From assembly GCA_964036045.1 (NCBI GenBank), contig OZ038378.1, positions 163,246,001 to 163,310,000 on the forward strand: 64,000 nucleotides of DNA, in the 5' to 3' direction. Numbering within the stretch: position 1 is the stretch's first letter; every line of letters begins with the position of its first letter. Under the pieces are notes generated by a model that made no database searches, was not told the origin of the DNA, and saw only the letters and a program-made list of their open reading frames with translations. Made by a program: the position numbers and the translations under genes. This DNA is from Eutreptiella sp. 'Long Island Sound 2002'. Taxonomy: Eukaryota > Protista > Euglenida. Shown piece after piece: positions 1 to 28,046 of this stretch.

Positions 1-300
1 TCCTAGGCAGTGTGGGGAAGTGACATGGAAGACGCTGTATGATTTGTGAATGTCAACCTTATTGGGTTCCATGCCCTCTGCCATAAGCACGAACCGCAAG
101 CACTTGGAGTCCATGGCTTTGAACATGGAGTCGTTGGAGAGAAACAAGGTGCATTACGTCTACTTTGGGATCAGGACAGTGTTTAGCAGCTGCACCTGCT
201 CGAAAGCGTTCAGTGGTAGGTATTGGTATCGCACCAGATCAGCTGCAGCCGTCCCCACGAAGTCATCGCGTGCCTTTTGTTCCCACGTCGGATAAAATTT
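1..300 (-). mobile_element. Decayed non-LTR retrotransposon fragment (region C-terminal to RT)
   Basis: Minus frame reads ...VRYQYLPLNAFEQVQLLNTVLIPK*T*CTLFLSNDSMFKAMDSKCLRFV...VTSPHCLG with in-frame stops. By eye it resembles the post-RT segment of LINEs. It runs off the window edge. Confidence 0.4.
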
Positions 301-2963
301 ACCAGTAAGCAAAATATTTATGTGGGTGTAGCCATAACAAGTATGGGTAAATATAGAAACGAGTTTGAATCCGTCGGTTTTCCGGTTCATACGGTGTGAC
401 ACAAGCAACACACAGTGTAGAGGAAAACCTATTTTTTTTGTGAAACAAAAATGCCCTAAGTGGGTACCATTAGCTAAATTGCTGCCTTCAGCAGCTGTTG
501 GCAATTCCAAGCACTGATTTGCTTGAGAAGTAGAAAATGAATTCATTGTAAAAGAAAACAAGATGTTGATAGCTCGAATATGTAAATGTGTCTCGGGAAT
601 TCCAGCAAATCTAATAGTTAGGAATCACAAATGATTGCAATATAATGTGGCCCAAGATTTTCTTTTTCAACATACCGTACACCGGGACACATTTTTTAAA
701 TTTTCCTCAATGCAAAGGGTTGTATGGTGTTTTGTAAATTCATTATCAAAAATGATTTGAGGCACATAAAACTTTTCAAATGACATTGATTTCATTAGAA
801 GCACAAAAGGATACTAACAAAAATGTAATGAATTTCGATTTCACAAAATGAGCAAATGACACATGACACATCATTTTGAAAAGAGTGGTGGTGCTGGGTG
901 GGGGAGATGAACTAGGGATGGAATTTTGACTTGTTTGCCACAAAAGGAATGAATGGCCGGATGACATAGGTTTTGAAGGTAAGAGGCTGTATGAGTTTAC
1001 TTTTTAAAAGAGAGGTAGGTGTTTATGTTTTCAAGCACTATTTTTTTTTAGGCCTCTTTTGCAAAAATTTCAAAGACAGCTTCTTAAAATTTGTTACCAT
1101 TTTCACAGAAAGTTAACAAAAAGTAATAGCCCTTTTGACAAGTAAATTTTGTAGGGTGTTTGTATGGTTGTATTTACGAATGATGCAAAGGTTGTACTAT
1201 GCACGAATAGTACAAATTGCCAAAGTTATCCGCATTCTTAAAAATAAAATTCAAACACGCTTTCTACTGATTTCACGTGCTTCATAATCGTACTTGATGA
1301 GTTCTCTTCCGTGATTTGCCTGTTGCTTTGCGTATCAGGGTATCTGCAATTTGTTGTTTGGTGAACTGTCACAATGTAAATGTGTTTATTTATCCCCATT
1401 CTTCTTTGTGGTGCTCAAGAGTTTTGGCATCCTTGGCTACTGACCATTCAAATGGCTTTGGTGATTTTGGCAACTCAATTCGTGGAAGTGAGAAAGAAGG
1501 TAGAGCTCTCAAAGCACATGTTGGTATTTTTTTTTGTTTGCGCTGTGTGTCCCCGCATTACCCCCGGGGCAGTAGGGTACATGTTGGTATTTGTCTCCAA
1601 GATAGATTGAATCCACCATGTTCAAAGTAATGCAAGGCTCTACAAGAATTAAAGATCTAGTCACCAAAGACGAGCTGTAGATGGCGGCAAAACAACGAAC
1701 AAACAAAAATTGATTAAGCAAACAACATTGCAAAAGCTTTTATTCAAATTTTCTTGTGCACTCTTTTTGATGAAATTGCCATTGGTTAAGCATATAGGAC
1801 ACTGTGTATCTCGAGACGCAGAAGTTTCTATGGCTAGGGCTTGGGCAAGTAACTGCATGGCAATTACCTCAAATTTGATTCATAGACCACTACATTTCAC
1901 CCGCATATTCCAAACAAGGAAGGGTGTATATTTTAATTCGGTACACACTCTTTACATGACTGATGATACCTCCGTCCTCATGAGTGGTAGGAGCGAATTT
2001 CATGTAAGGTTTGTGGATTCTTCTCATGATCATAGTCACTTAGGATAGAGCATCCCCACCACCCTTTTTTGTACGAACATGCCAACTCCCACTCGGCGGT
2101 TGGGCAGCCATGCTCAGCACTAGCTCACGCATATACAAGTCTACTTCTCTACTACTCTGCTATATTCCGTTCCAACGCTACCGTTATATACTTCTTACCA
2201 CTTTCTGCACAGCTTGCCAGAATTCAAGTAAAAAAACCTGGTCTTTGGCTTTGAGTGGCAATCAACAATTGTTTGGTGACAACCAAATGCAATCAAAAAT
2301 AGGTGCCCAAGATAGCCAAAGGACTTGTTGACGAGGTGTGTTTGGTTATATGCACTGATGTGTTTACTAATACAAAGTATGGACCTAGATTCTGTACAGG
2401 GAGGTCTCAATTCAGACAGGTGACAGCGGGCCTAGACTATGGCCCCAAGAAAGGCCATGAGCCCAGTGGGCGCTAGGATTACTCGCATGTCACCAAATGG
2501 CCACCCACACCATTGGGTATCAGGGGGCACGAGCAAATGGTGAGCTCTACATGACACTTATGTCAAAACATTCCAGAATGTATACATGAGGTCATGGAGC
2601 CATATTTTGCACCTTTGCGGTTGGCCCGTACCAAATTGAGCTTGCCCATGCAAAATAAGAGGTCACCCCACATAGTTTGCCCCAACATTGCCCATTTCCG
2701 GCTGCAATCAGAAGTTTGACATGACTCCACATTTCCCGTTTTGTTTTCTCGCCAGTAGCTCAGCCTTCCACTTCCCAACAAATGACACAATTCGGCATAA
2801 TTTCAGGCCTTTGGTGCCTTGTATGACAGTGTCTTACACCTGAGTTCCTGCCCAGCATGCTGTCACTATCTCAGAGTCAGTTTTTTCAAGCCAGCCTGAA
2901 ATTCTTTGATCTTGTGTGTACATGGTGCAGCTTTACTTTGGTTGAACTTCAGCTTGCCATGTA

Positions 2964-3566
2964 CCCCCCCTTTTTGTTATTGCTATGCAAAAGTACCAAA
3001 TTAATACGGTCCCTACGCCTACTGTAGCTTAGACAAGGGTGTGGCTTGCGCGCAACACATACAACTAGCGATACACACGTGGGTGAGTGCATGGTATGAG
3101 TGCACCTTAACCTCCACCCATGTTCCCAAAGGCATGTAAACACAAGAAAGTGTTTGAAGCATGAAACTTCAGGTTCACACCCATGTTCCTACAAGCAATG
3201 AGGCACGATAAGCCTACAAATATTCGGCTTGGAAACCCTTCTTGCGATCATACACCATGCGGAACAACTGCACATGCTCACCCGTTGAAGATGCCTTTGA
3301 AGATGCCCGAGGTTTAGGGGCTGGTTTGGGCTCGGGCAACTTCAAGTTCTCGGGAATGAAATTGCCTTGCATGTGGTCTCTTGTAACAATCATAACAAAT
3401 GTGTCCATGACCCTATGTAACTGGCAAATTCGTCACCAAACCCATGTCTTAATGTGCCTACACTACATTTGGTACCGAAATAAAATTAGGTACCAAAGTA
3501 ATACGGTCCCTACGCCTACTGTAGCTTGGACAAGGGCGTCGTGATTGCAAAAGGGGGGGGGGGGGG
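2964..3566. mobile_element. MITE-like element with CCCCCCCTTTT...AAAAGGGGGGG termini (copy 1)
   Basis: Poly-C/T start and A/poly-G end. An internal ~40-bp direct repeat (TAATACGGTCCCTACGCCTACTGTAGCTT.GACAAGG) occurs at ~3002 and ~3499. Termini and the internal 3385-3490 segment are homologous to 55466-55829. Confidence 0.6.
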
Positions 3567-6500
3567 CTACGCTCCTTTGCCTGTGGTTAGGCCACTTTGA
3601 TTTATGCTCGCCGGGGGGATACCCTATGCATCAAAGATGTTAACCAAATGTTCCATTGCCACGGTGACCTTCCACAAAATAGCCTACTGTTCGCACAGCG
3701 CACTGTGCACCCCCCTAGTCGCTAGAGCTGACTTTGCCATCACTCCTGCGCAGTGCAACTCCGTTTCGATGCAATCAATTTCAGTGGAATCAGCTTTGTG
3801 AAAAACATGTAGAAATATGGCGATAAAAATTTTGTTGCTTTCAGTGAACATAGTACGTCGGCTGCGAAGGTGAGCTCTCAGATCCACAGGGGTGTGTCCT
3901 GGTCAATGGCCTGGACACACAGTGGTGGCCAGTGGAATGGCAGCAGAAGCGATGCAATCAAATCCGCTTGGTGGAGATTCAAAGGAGGCAACACCAGTTG
4001 CAAACAGAGAACACCAGGGCAATGTCATGATGGTGACTCTCGAAACTGTGGGGGCGGGGGCATGCATTGACACTGGAACAATTGAACGACTGGATATTCA
4101 CCTGCCAGAATTCCAAAGGACGCCATCAAAGTCTCCAGGTTGTCAGATCTAGAGAATCCTAACGAAATCCGTGGGCGTAAGTATAACACTGAGGGACCAC
4201 TGGGATAGGAGGCCACAGTCACCTCCAACAGACTGCTTGTGGCCCCAGAAATGCCAATAATATGTCAGCCCTAAGCAGACAGCACGCCATGCACCAAGGA
4301 TGACGTTGTTGCACAGTGTGCACACAGCGTGCATATTTGATTATACAGAGGAATTGTAATGAGGACGGAGCCTAGGAAATGAAACAACTCTGACTGTGAG
4401 GACTTGCATGAACCCAACTCAAATCTGTCTATTCCCTTGCACTGGAGACCAGCTCCTCCATTGCATGCGGCAAACGAACATCAGCAGCAATCAAGGACTG
4501 CGGAGATGGAGGAGGCTACATCCTGCCTTGGAGGAGAACATAACCTAGTGTGGACTTTCGGGCCCATCACGGACCCTAGTTTGTAGGCACCTGTCCCTCA
4601 CGTCAGGCATGCAGGCACCCAAGTCTGCAGACAAATGGCATTCTGGGTTGGCGAGGGTCCCAGGGTCCAAAGACTCAGTGAGTTCTGAAGATGACAGGTG
4701 TCACGCACATGTATTAAACTATTGTTTACTGCGTAAACAAAGGTTTGGAGCCTGCCCACTCCTTGTCCCACCCCTTTCATGACAGACCGTCTTTTCTCGT
4801 CGATGTGATTATGATGTTCTTCAACTCTGCATGTCCCAGACTTACAAGAGCGGCTGTGAGTGTGGTGCAGGAGATAAAAGACCGCAAAAGGCTTGCGTAT
4901 GGGCATAAATACAAGTGAACACAGAGAATAATGTGAAGGGACGAAAGAGGAAGCAAACGGGGCACACGTGCAGCGTGAACAGCATTCTCAAGGGGCACCA
5001 CCCGCTGGTGACTCACACATGTGTGCTTTAGGGCATGTGGGAGCTGAGGGACGCCAAACCCGCTTGGAAATTGGCCAGAGCTCGTCATCAGTGAAAATCT
5101 GCACAGTATGCACACCGCAGCCCTTGCAATGAGTAGTATCCCAATGCACGTTTGGCATTTGTCACACTTCACAAGCTTTTGTGGCTCCGATTCACGGCTT
5201 TGACTTGGGAGTTGATGATTGTGAATCAGTTTGGCAATGCAAGCGTGATCCGGTCACCACGCACATTGCAAGCGTGCCGTGCTCGCGCCATGCAGGCGCT
5301 CCCCCCATGTTTGCATAGCTGAAAGCCCACTGAGATCTAGTCACATACAAGACATGACGGATATCTGGTATTATAAACCAACACGAACAATCCAGTGCCT
5401 CAATCACTGCCCAATCATTTGGAAACAGGTGCACTTACATATTCGCTCAAACGTACGCATTTGCTTGTACTTACATGTTTGCTGGCCATGCTGTCTCTTC
5501 ATCAAGCAAGGGCTGGCAAACTCGAAGGACAAGTCTGTGGATGCAACATGTCAATGCATTAAGGTGCTGTCCAAGTATATACCTTTCCAATGCACGTACA
5601 TGAAAAATGATTTCTACAACTGCAGTTCTGCTTCCTCCCTTCACGTGTCAGCAGACAAGCAAATATGTTCCCTATGCGTGTGCATTTCTGTTTTTGAACT
5701 GTCCGGCACTGTCGACAACTGTTCGAGATTTTCCCGGAACTTCAGACTCATTGTCTGAGACAGTACATTGTCGGCCCTACCACCTACCTGCCATCCTCAC
5801 ACAGAGGGGGCATAAGGTTACAGGGCTTAATCGCCTATACTGCAAATATGTGGTCCATGGTGGCCAGTGGTGAGAAATCCGCATCACTGTCCATGACCAG
5901 TACAGGAACTTCTGATGCAAGAAAAAACTTATTGCCCTGGGAGAGTGTGACGAAGTATGTCTCAGCTTGTGATGGAGATGCATGATGTCCGGCGTTTGAG
6001 GGTGACCATGACCTGTCGTGAAGCCAGAATGGTTTTGGCCTCATCCGTGAGTTGTGTAGTTGTGTATAACAAAGGAGCCGTGTGTTCCAACAAAAGCAGA
6101 GGCTGATGGGGGAGGGGCGTTGGGGTTTGGGGGGGGGGGCAGGGCTGAATGTCCATCTGAAGTAATGCAACTCCCCAAACTCTGGTGTGTTGGGAGGGGG
6201 TGGCTTCAAGGATCGTTTTTGCAATCGCATCATAGTTCCGTTTGTGCCATGCATTTCAAGTTTTCTGTGTTTTCGGTGTATAGTGAACTTGCTCTCTCAG
6301 GGCCTTTGGGGTGGGATTGGGGGCTAACTTCCTGGGTCGCAGGTTGCCAAACCACACCGGCATCAATTTGGATTTACTAGCACTGAAGGTTTGGCGCACT
6401 TCGGGTGCCCCGTTCGACGTTCGAGTCCGCTTGCACAACCTGACACAGCACAGTAACAGCCGAGCTGCCGTTGCACTTTTGGGGGGGGGGGGGGGGCAAA

Positions 6501-7695
6501 AAGTATATCAGTAGTTGGTTCTGAGTCAGGGGATGATCGGATAAATTATTGAAGAAGGAAGTGATGAGGTTGGAAAGACGGAACGAACATGTAGTAGTTT
6601 TGAGTTTGATTAAAACAGAAAGCACAAAGGTATTTGTAGTGGGTCCAGAGAACCAGATGATCAAAACTGCTGAAGGCCATTTAAGGGGAAAAGGGGGGGA
6701 AGTTTTGGTTGTGAAGAATGCAACTTAGGGCCTTATCAGTGAGCACATGCAACCATTGCAGATCTCGTATCGGTGGCAGGCTGCCATTGCCCAGCACGGC
6801 CTTAGGCCTTGCCGAAGCTGAAGGAGGGCTGAAATGCGCAATGCGGATGCAAGCCCCCCCTCCCCTCCCTGGTCGCATGACCGTGATTTGTGTCCATAAC
6901 GATGAAGTGGATGCGCACTAATCTTTGGCCAATGCACTGAAGCATCTGTGGCAATGGAGTGTCTGAGGTGGGCCTGTGGGCATGGCCACCTCTCGACTGA
7001 CAATGGGCACAAAGCTGATGGGCACTCTTCCCTTCCACACTTACCATCAGCAATGTCCCACTTGTCAACTGCGAGGTGCGCATGTCCACCCCCTTGGAGG
7101 TCGTCAAGAAGGGGACCCCGCCGCTGAAAGAGCGAGGCTTGCCACCCGTCGGGCACATTGCCGTCGGGGGGGGGGGGCGGGTACACTCTGGCAGCTGCTG
7201 CACGGACTGCCCCCACAGCAGCTCCAGAAAAGTTGGGAAACTGGATGGGATCCTATCTTTGCAAGTGCCAGGTGCAGCAAGCCCGCCTGAGATCTGCGGG
7301 ACCTGTGACGGAAGCTTTCTCAGCAATCACAACTTCAGATGGACCGAGGAGGCGGCACCTGATCCTCAGCATACAAATACACCGAATAGAAAATGTATGT
7401 GCTCCGTACCCCACTGCAGTGCACAACGTTTGGAATGCCGTTTTGTGATGGAAATTGCCAGGCACATTTTTATGGGTGGAGGTGTGCCAGAATGAGTATG
7501 CAGGTTGGTACTTTCTTTTGTACATACGCGCCAGCCTTTTGAGGAGGGAATCCCCCACTCATGGATAGGTCGGTTGGTTGTCCACCCGTTAGGTTGGGGG
7601 TGAAGAGGGTGGGTTCAAAAAACCGCGAGATGTGGGGAGCTCACAAACCGGAAAAATTGTTTTCAGGTGAGAATGGTTTTATGAAGGGGGAGCGG

Positions 7696-7759
7696 GTGTG
7701 TGCGCGTGTGTGTGTGTGTGTGTGTGTCGTGCGTGCGTGTGTGTGTGTGTGTGTGTGTG
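7696..7759. repeat. (TG)n microsatellite, interrupted
   Basis: Direct reading. Confidence 0.95.
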
Positions 7760-9095
7760 ATAAATGGCGCCGCAGTAGGCTTGGAAAACTGATTGCTGTT
7801 TCAGTGTGACATATGATTCATGATGTTCGTACAACACTGGATGGTGCGGGTACGGAGCACACGTAAATCCTTATACAGAGGTTGATTTTCATACGTCAAT
7901 GCACTGATTCAAACCACACCTCACCACACAGAGGGGCGTGTCCAATGCAATCAGGACGGCCCCCTACCGCCCGACGCATGCCTGGGGGCCATTTGGTGAT
8001 GATCGGTGCAGAAGTGAGCAAGCGACAATGGGGGCAGTGGCACCCTCATCTTCACGCGGGGTGCTCTGGTGTTTGCTGTCTCTGGGCCCGGGGATGCGGT
8101 GGTCTACGAAGGGCCAATGCCACATGACTTCGAGCGGGTCATCAAATTATTTTCGGGCTTCTGACCCGCTACGTAGGGCCGCAACACATCCGGGGTGGGT
8201 GGGCTCGCCACTTTGCTCCAGCCGTGCCTTCACACGGCCTTCATGGCCCTGTCAATTGGAAATAGTCCTTCACACATCGGGGGCGCCGCAGTTCAGTTCT
8301 AAACCCCAACCCCCACGGCGCGGGCAGGGGCGTCCGGAAGGGGGGGGGGGGGTTCCGCATTTTGAGGGCATTTTTGAAATCCCCATTTCATTCTGAGCAT
8401 TTTGAATATACACAATTGGGGTAAAATCTTCTTTCTCCATTCACTAAGAGGCTCAAAAAATTTTTCCGGGCGCCAAAGTTGTCAGTTCTAACTAGGGTCT
8501 ACCTAGTGTCCATTTCCGCTTCCCTTCGGCTGCGCCTCCCATTCTTGCCCCTGCCTCTCTGCAGCCCCGCTTTCGTCGGCGGTCCTTTCCTGTCCCGTTT
8601 GTGGGCCTCCGGCGGACTGTTCTCTCGCTTGGTGCTCCTCCCCTTCACTGCCCCTCTTATCGGCTGTGTTCTTGCCTTCCTGCTGGTCTCGCACCCCTTT
8701 TCTGCGCTCGGTTGTGGCCTTCACTTGTCGGCGTCGTCGGCGTTCCTTGTCCGTCTCTTCCAGCCATTTTGGGGCCCCTGCCTTTGTGCACTTGCACTGG
8801 AACTCCTTCTTTTCTCTGAGACCCTTCCAGGCCTGCGCCGCTGTGTGACCTGCACACTGCAGGTGCATCCGATGTCCTGTGCCACACTGGACCGCCCCCT
8901 GACCCTTCCTGACTCGCCTATGGCACAGCCCCAGAGGGGGCGGGGGGGGGGGGGTCCAGAGGGGGGGGGGGGAGGGGTTCGGGCCTCACAGCGCCCCCGG
9001 TGGCGCTGACACTCCCCCAATGCACAGCACCCCTGCACCCCTTCTCGGACGGTGCAATGGATCGCGGGCCTTACCATGGCCTGGGAGCAGCACAT

Positions 9096-23120
<14,025 letters not shown>

Positions 23121-23129
23121 TGGATCGAT

Positions 23130-23150
23130 CTGTAACAAAAAGCACAAACA
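23130..23150 (-). promoter_or_regulatory. Pyrimidine-rich 3' splice acceptor 9 nt upstream of the ATG (possible trans-splice site)
   Basis: Minus strand TGTTTGTGCTTTTTGTTACAG|ATCGATCCA-ATG. Trans-splicing versus a 5'UTR cis intron cannot be distinguished here. Confidence 0.55.
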
Positions 23151-26100
23151 GACATGTCATTTCAGGGCTTTTCCCCGTGTGGGTGGGGGAAAAAAGGTTT
23201 GTGCAGGGGGGGCGGGGGGGGGGGGGGTTTGAGCCTATTTCCTAGGACCCCCAGCCCCACCCACGCCTTCTGGGCTGAAATGGTAACGGCACAGAAAGCG
23301 GCTTGCGCAGCGGAAAAACGGACCGTTCAAAGCCACGTAATCCCTGCCGTAACGGAGCCTCCGCCTTGGAGGAGAAAGATGGGTACTGCTGTATCCTCAA
23401 GAGCACCGGAAGACGAACAAATGCACCCCCCCCCCCTCCTTCTGGGGGCTCAAACGGCCCCCCATACGCACAAACCTCTTTCCCTGTGACTGCTGTGGCC
23501 AGGAAAGAATTAGAAGGGGGGGTAGGGGGGGGGTTGAGAGGGGGATGCTGATCTGTTTGCATGTGGCGGCGCCTACTGGTCTCTGGCCACTGTACCTTCT
23601 GACCCTCTGTGGGTCCGAACTTGGTCTGGTTGTGTCAACAGAGCCACTGGATGACTTGTGCCTTGTCCTGTTTGACTATTTCGGGGTCGGCTGTGCGAGA
23701 GACGGGCTGTTGCCCATGCCGTTGACCAGGTGCATCCAGATGCACACACCACGTCCATGCGGGGGTTTGCCGACTCCAGCACAGACTTGTGTGCGCTGGA
23801 GTGTGCATCTGCAGAATTTTCCTGACAGGGGCTTCTAACAGCCACAATGACTCTTCCCCTTTGTCCTTTCCTTTGCCTCCTTTTGCGCTCTGCACCATCT
23901 TCGGCGAGTGCGGTCTGCCCTGCCCTGTTGTCTCTGGTGTTCCCTTTTCCCCTGGTTCCACTGGGCCCTCACTGTTTGGGGGAGGAGGGGGGGGGGTTGA
24001 AGAGGGGGGGGGGGATCAGGGTGGAGGGACCCTCCTCCTGAAGTGTACGGCCTAAAAATGGTCTGAAAGCTGGATATGCAACACAACACACGGCGAGAGA
24101 CTGGTAACAGAAAGGAATACTTGTTCAGCAATATGTATGGGACAAGAAAGTTCTGTGTGCACCAGACATAATTGCTATTAGAGCTGTCACCTGAAGATGT
24201 GCCACATTGATCATCTGAAGAACTGGAGTAATCAGTGCCATTGGTGTCAACACTGCTGGCCTCCTTCCCATTGGACTCTGAGCCAGAATCTGGTCCTGAA
24301 CAATACAGGGTGGGGGGGGGGGGGGTTGCCAAGGGACAATTTCGACGGGGATAATTTCGGAAGGGGAAATTTTGCCACCTGCACGGATCCTGAAGCTTCC
24401 AACAGACTGTTATTTTTTGGTGGGCTACGGAGGATCCATGTTATTTCCTGGTGGGCTCTGGATGGTTGGTGTTGTTTAACGGGGGGAGGGGGGGGCAGCG
24501 ATCAGCGTAGGCCCTGTGCCAGCGGGTAGCTGGGAAGGGTGCCCACTCCCTGTGTCCCCACCACATAGATCGTGATGCACCTACCAGACTAGCTGAGCCA
24601 CGTTTACCCCGGGCACAGGGCAAATTGGGCTGGTGCCAGTCTCCAAACCTAAGCCCCTGTTGAACCGGGATACCTCGGCAACAAACCCAACCCGAGGCTG
24701 GGACCCAAGTCAAGCGGACGCATAGAGGCCCCCACCCACCAAGGGGTCGCAGAGGCAACCAGAGGATCCCTATACGAGACCATGCTATTTTATCTAAATG
24801 GGTAGCAGCAAACGTAGCTATCGTCAAGAAATCAGGAGTGGGGCCCGATTGCACATGGAGATCGAACACGGGATGGTGGGATTTGGGGATGGTCTGCCCA
24901 CTCATCCTCTCAAAGAGAAGGGGCATCGCGTGTAGCGAGCAAGGTAGAGCAACATGAGGCACAAGAGGTACTAGAAAACATCCAGGGAGGTACATAGGAG
25001 GACAAGGGATAGAGCACACATGGGCTGCGGTGGGCACCGCGGATCATGTCGAACACGCTACATGCAAAACAGGCCCGACAGGCTTGGCATCATGGGTGAC
25101 ATGTGATGATCTGAGTAAGAGCTGGGCACAAACGCGACAAAAGGGGCGACGGACATCATCCCTAGGGACACGGGCACCAATATCACCACAACCTCCGCTT
25201 CTTGCGGAGGCCCCTCATGAGCACAGTGTAGGAGCGAAATGCAGGAGGCAAATAGTAAAGCAACTTGTGCATACCACGAGCACTTTGGTTGAGCGGCCCC
25301 CGCACCAGTGCCCTCAGGTGGTGGGTACCACTCATACGGGGGCCGGCAATGGGGCCTTTTCGTCATTTTCGGCCCCTAGTGGCACATTTCTTGGGAGGAA
25401 CACAGAGCTTGCCCTTGACTCATGGTTCCATCCAGCCCGTGTCCTCCCCTCGTGCTGCGCGCTCTATGCTGAATGCTGAAATGGGGGCGCTAATGCTGCA
25501 GACAACCGGAAAACAGACGTCCAGGTATCAGAAGGGGGGGTGAAGAAAGATGAAGAAAGATGCCAGCGGGTCAAGACAAGAAGGTAGATCGGCTGCTGCA
25601 GAGAGGGGATAGCAGTAGAGAAACCCCATCCCTGCTGCTCTGTCAGTCTTGCGACCACAACACATACCTTTTGCCAACTTGAAAAATGCAGAGATGGCTG
25701 ATCGCAGCCGCAACCTCGCAGCGTGACCCAAAAACGACAATTGAACCAGAAAAGCGAAACACAGCCAAATGCGGGAGACGACCCTTGGACTCTTCATAGG
25801 CTTCCATAAATTGCTCAACCAGGAACAATTATACTGTTTTGTTGCTTAGGGCTTGTTCAGAAGAAACCTAGGGAGCAGCCTGTGGCAACTGCTGCTTGAA
25901 CCCACTTTCAACATGCATACATGTCAAATAGACAAAACAAGCCCAGGGCATGTCACCACACCTGACCCTATGCTTCCTTTTCTCTTGTTTGTGCACTCGC
26001 AAAACTCACAAAACTCTAAGAATCGTAGGAGAAAGGGAAAACCCATATATACAAATATGTATATATGCTAGCCATATTCAAGGGGAGAGGGATGTAGTAT

Positions 26101-27648
26101 TGCCATCCCAGTGTATGGCTCAGATATTGCCATTTGCGCTGGTTTTATTCACGAACCCACACCAAAACAGGGCGCTCGTTCGAACATCGACGAATTCAGG
26201 TGTGAATGGCATTCGTGAGCAGACCAACATTGCGTCGAATGCACCAGCAGTGACAGCAGCTGTCCTGTGTGTGCTCCAGCGACGCTCGCGTGCGTCCCGT
26301 GAGCGAGCACCAGTGGTCGGCGGTGCAGCAGTCCCAAGGGGCACGTGCCACTGGCATCCTCCACCGCATCCGCTCTGTCGCCAATCCCCCACCCCCCCTC
26401 CTCGTCTTCTTACTCCCGACGGCCCAGCACGGCGTACAAGTCATCCTAGTGCATGTGCGCTGCAGATGGGGCAGTGCAGGCCCTCTGCCCTTGGTCGCCC
26501 CCCCCCCCCCCTCTTCTCGTGGGCGAAGCAATGGATTGTGGTCTGTGGCACTTGGCAGGCCACATGGCGGTGGGGGGGTGCCATAAAGGCTGAAAGAGTA
26601 TGCCGCGGCATCGATCCAGCCCCAAGGGGGGGGGGGGGTGGCATGAAGGCTGGAGGGCGTATGCCACTTGGTACTCCCGGGTTGGTACCTCCGGCGCCCG
26701 GTCGTTAGCCATGGTCCGGGGGCCGAGGGCGTTGGGGGGAGGAAGTCCCCCTCGTGAGGAGGTCACAGTGGATGCCATGCCCCACTTATGGCAGTCTTTC
26801 ACTCCACGTGCCCCCTTCCCCCCGCTGCCCCAGACCCCCTAATCATGATGCTGCAGCCTCATGCTTCAGTCCCCCACGCCTCCCACGATGACCCATCGTG
26901 TCTCTGAGTCCCCTGTTGCATTCCCCTGCTGTACTGTATTCGTCCACCCGCACATTTGTGTGGGTGTGTACACATGCCCTTAAGTGTCGTGTTGAGGTTA
27001 CCTCTGGTGACCTCTGTGGTTTCTGGGGCAGGATACACTGTCGTGACGCCCCGTTGGTTCTAGTACTAGTAGACTCTGCCGTGTGGTCACCCCTAATAGA
27101 CACCGGACAGACACGCAAAAGGCACAAGCAAAGGCCGCAGCGGTATCAGATTACACAAGCAGTGTTCCTTTGTAGAATTGTTATGGCTAGACAGCAGAGT
27201 CGCGAAACCATGCAAGTTTGGTGTTACAAGGGAGAGGGCGGACAGCAATGTTGCTTCTGGAGCAGAGGTGGATACGGGCCATCCACCGCCAAATTCCCGG
27301 CACGTGGAGAGAGACCCTAGCATCATGGCGGGGGCGGGTGGCCTACTGGGAAATGGCAAAAGATTGTCATAGCAGTACCAAGCTGTGGCAGCGAGGCTGC
27401 CCCCCTTTTCCGGTCCGTTCGCGCTTGGGAGACCCCACCATACCATGCCTGGACGCCACCTCAAGGTGTCCAACCCCAGGCGTTGGAGGGGGTGGAACCC
27501 CACCCTCCTAAAATCCGGAGATCCCGCCCCCCAAAGGGTGGGACGCCAACTGAGAAGAACCCTGGGTCCCACGCCGCGAAAATTTGGCCCGGGGGGAAAT
27601 TTCGCCTCTTTTCTTAACCGCAAAATTCTCACCTCCTGAAGCTTGCTA

Positions 27649-27883
27649 CGGGATACGAATGTTGAATGCTAACCTGCTAACACAAGCAGACGGTTGCAAG
27701 ACAACAAAGTCGGAACAAAAAGCTCTACAGTGACATTGCCATAGGCGCCTTTCGTTGTGAAACAAGAAGTACCCCGTGGATCAGTGCATTGGGGGCTCGT
27801 TCAGGTAACACACACAAAATTACTACCTACTGTAATGCCGGACACAAGAGTCGAATGACACTAGACCTTCAGTGCACCCCCCT
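27649..27883. repeat. Pseudo-LTR, 3' copy (element on minus strand)
   Basis: 235 bp; 6 differences from 33042-33276 by manual comparison. Confidence 0.9.
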
Positions 27884-28046
27884 GCCCCGGTGGACTCCCC
27901 AGCCCACCGACATTGGACCCCTCGCAGAAGCTGCCAGGGCGCACAGGGTGTCGCCGTCCGCTGCCCAATCCCCACACCACTCAGTGCAGGGCCTGACATG
28001 GGGTACATGCCAAGACGCATACAAACTAGCCCTCCACTCTGCTGTT

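Noticed and set aside
1960-2000. CTGATGA...CGAA possible hammerhead
   Set aside because: GAAA core is broken (GAAT) and no convincing stems were found.
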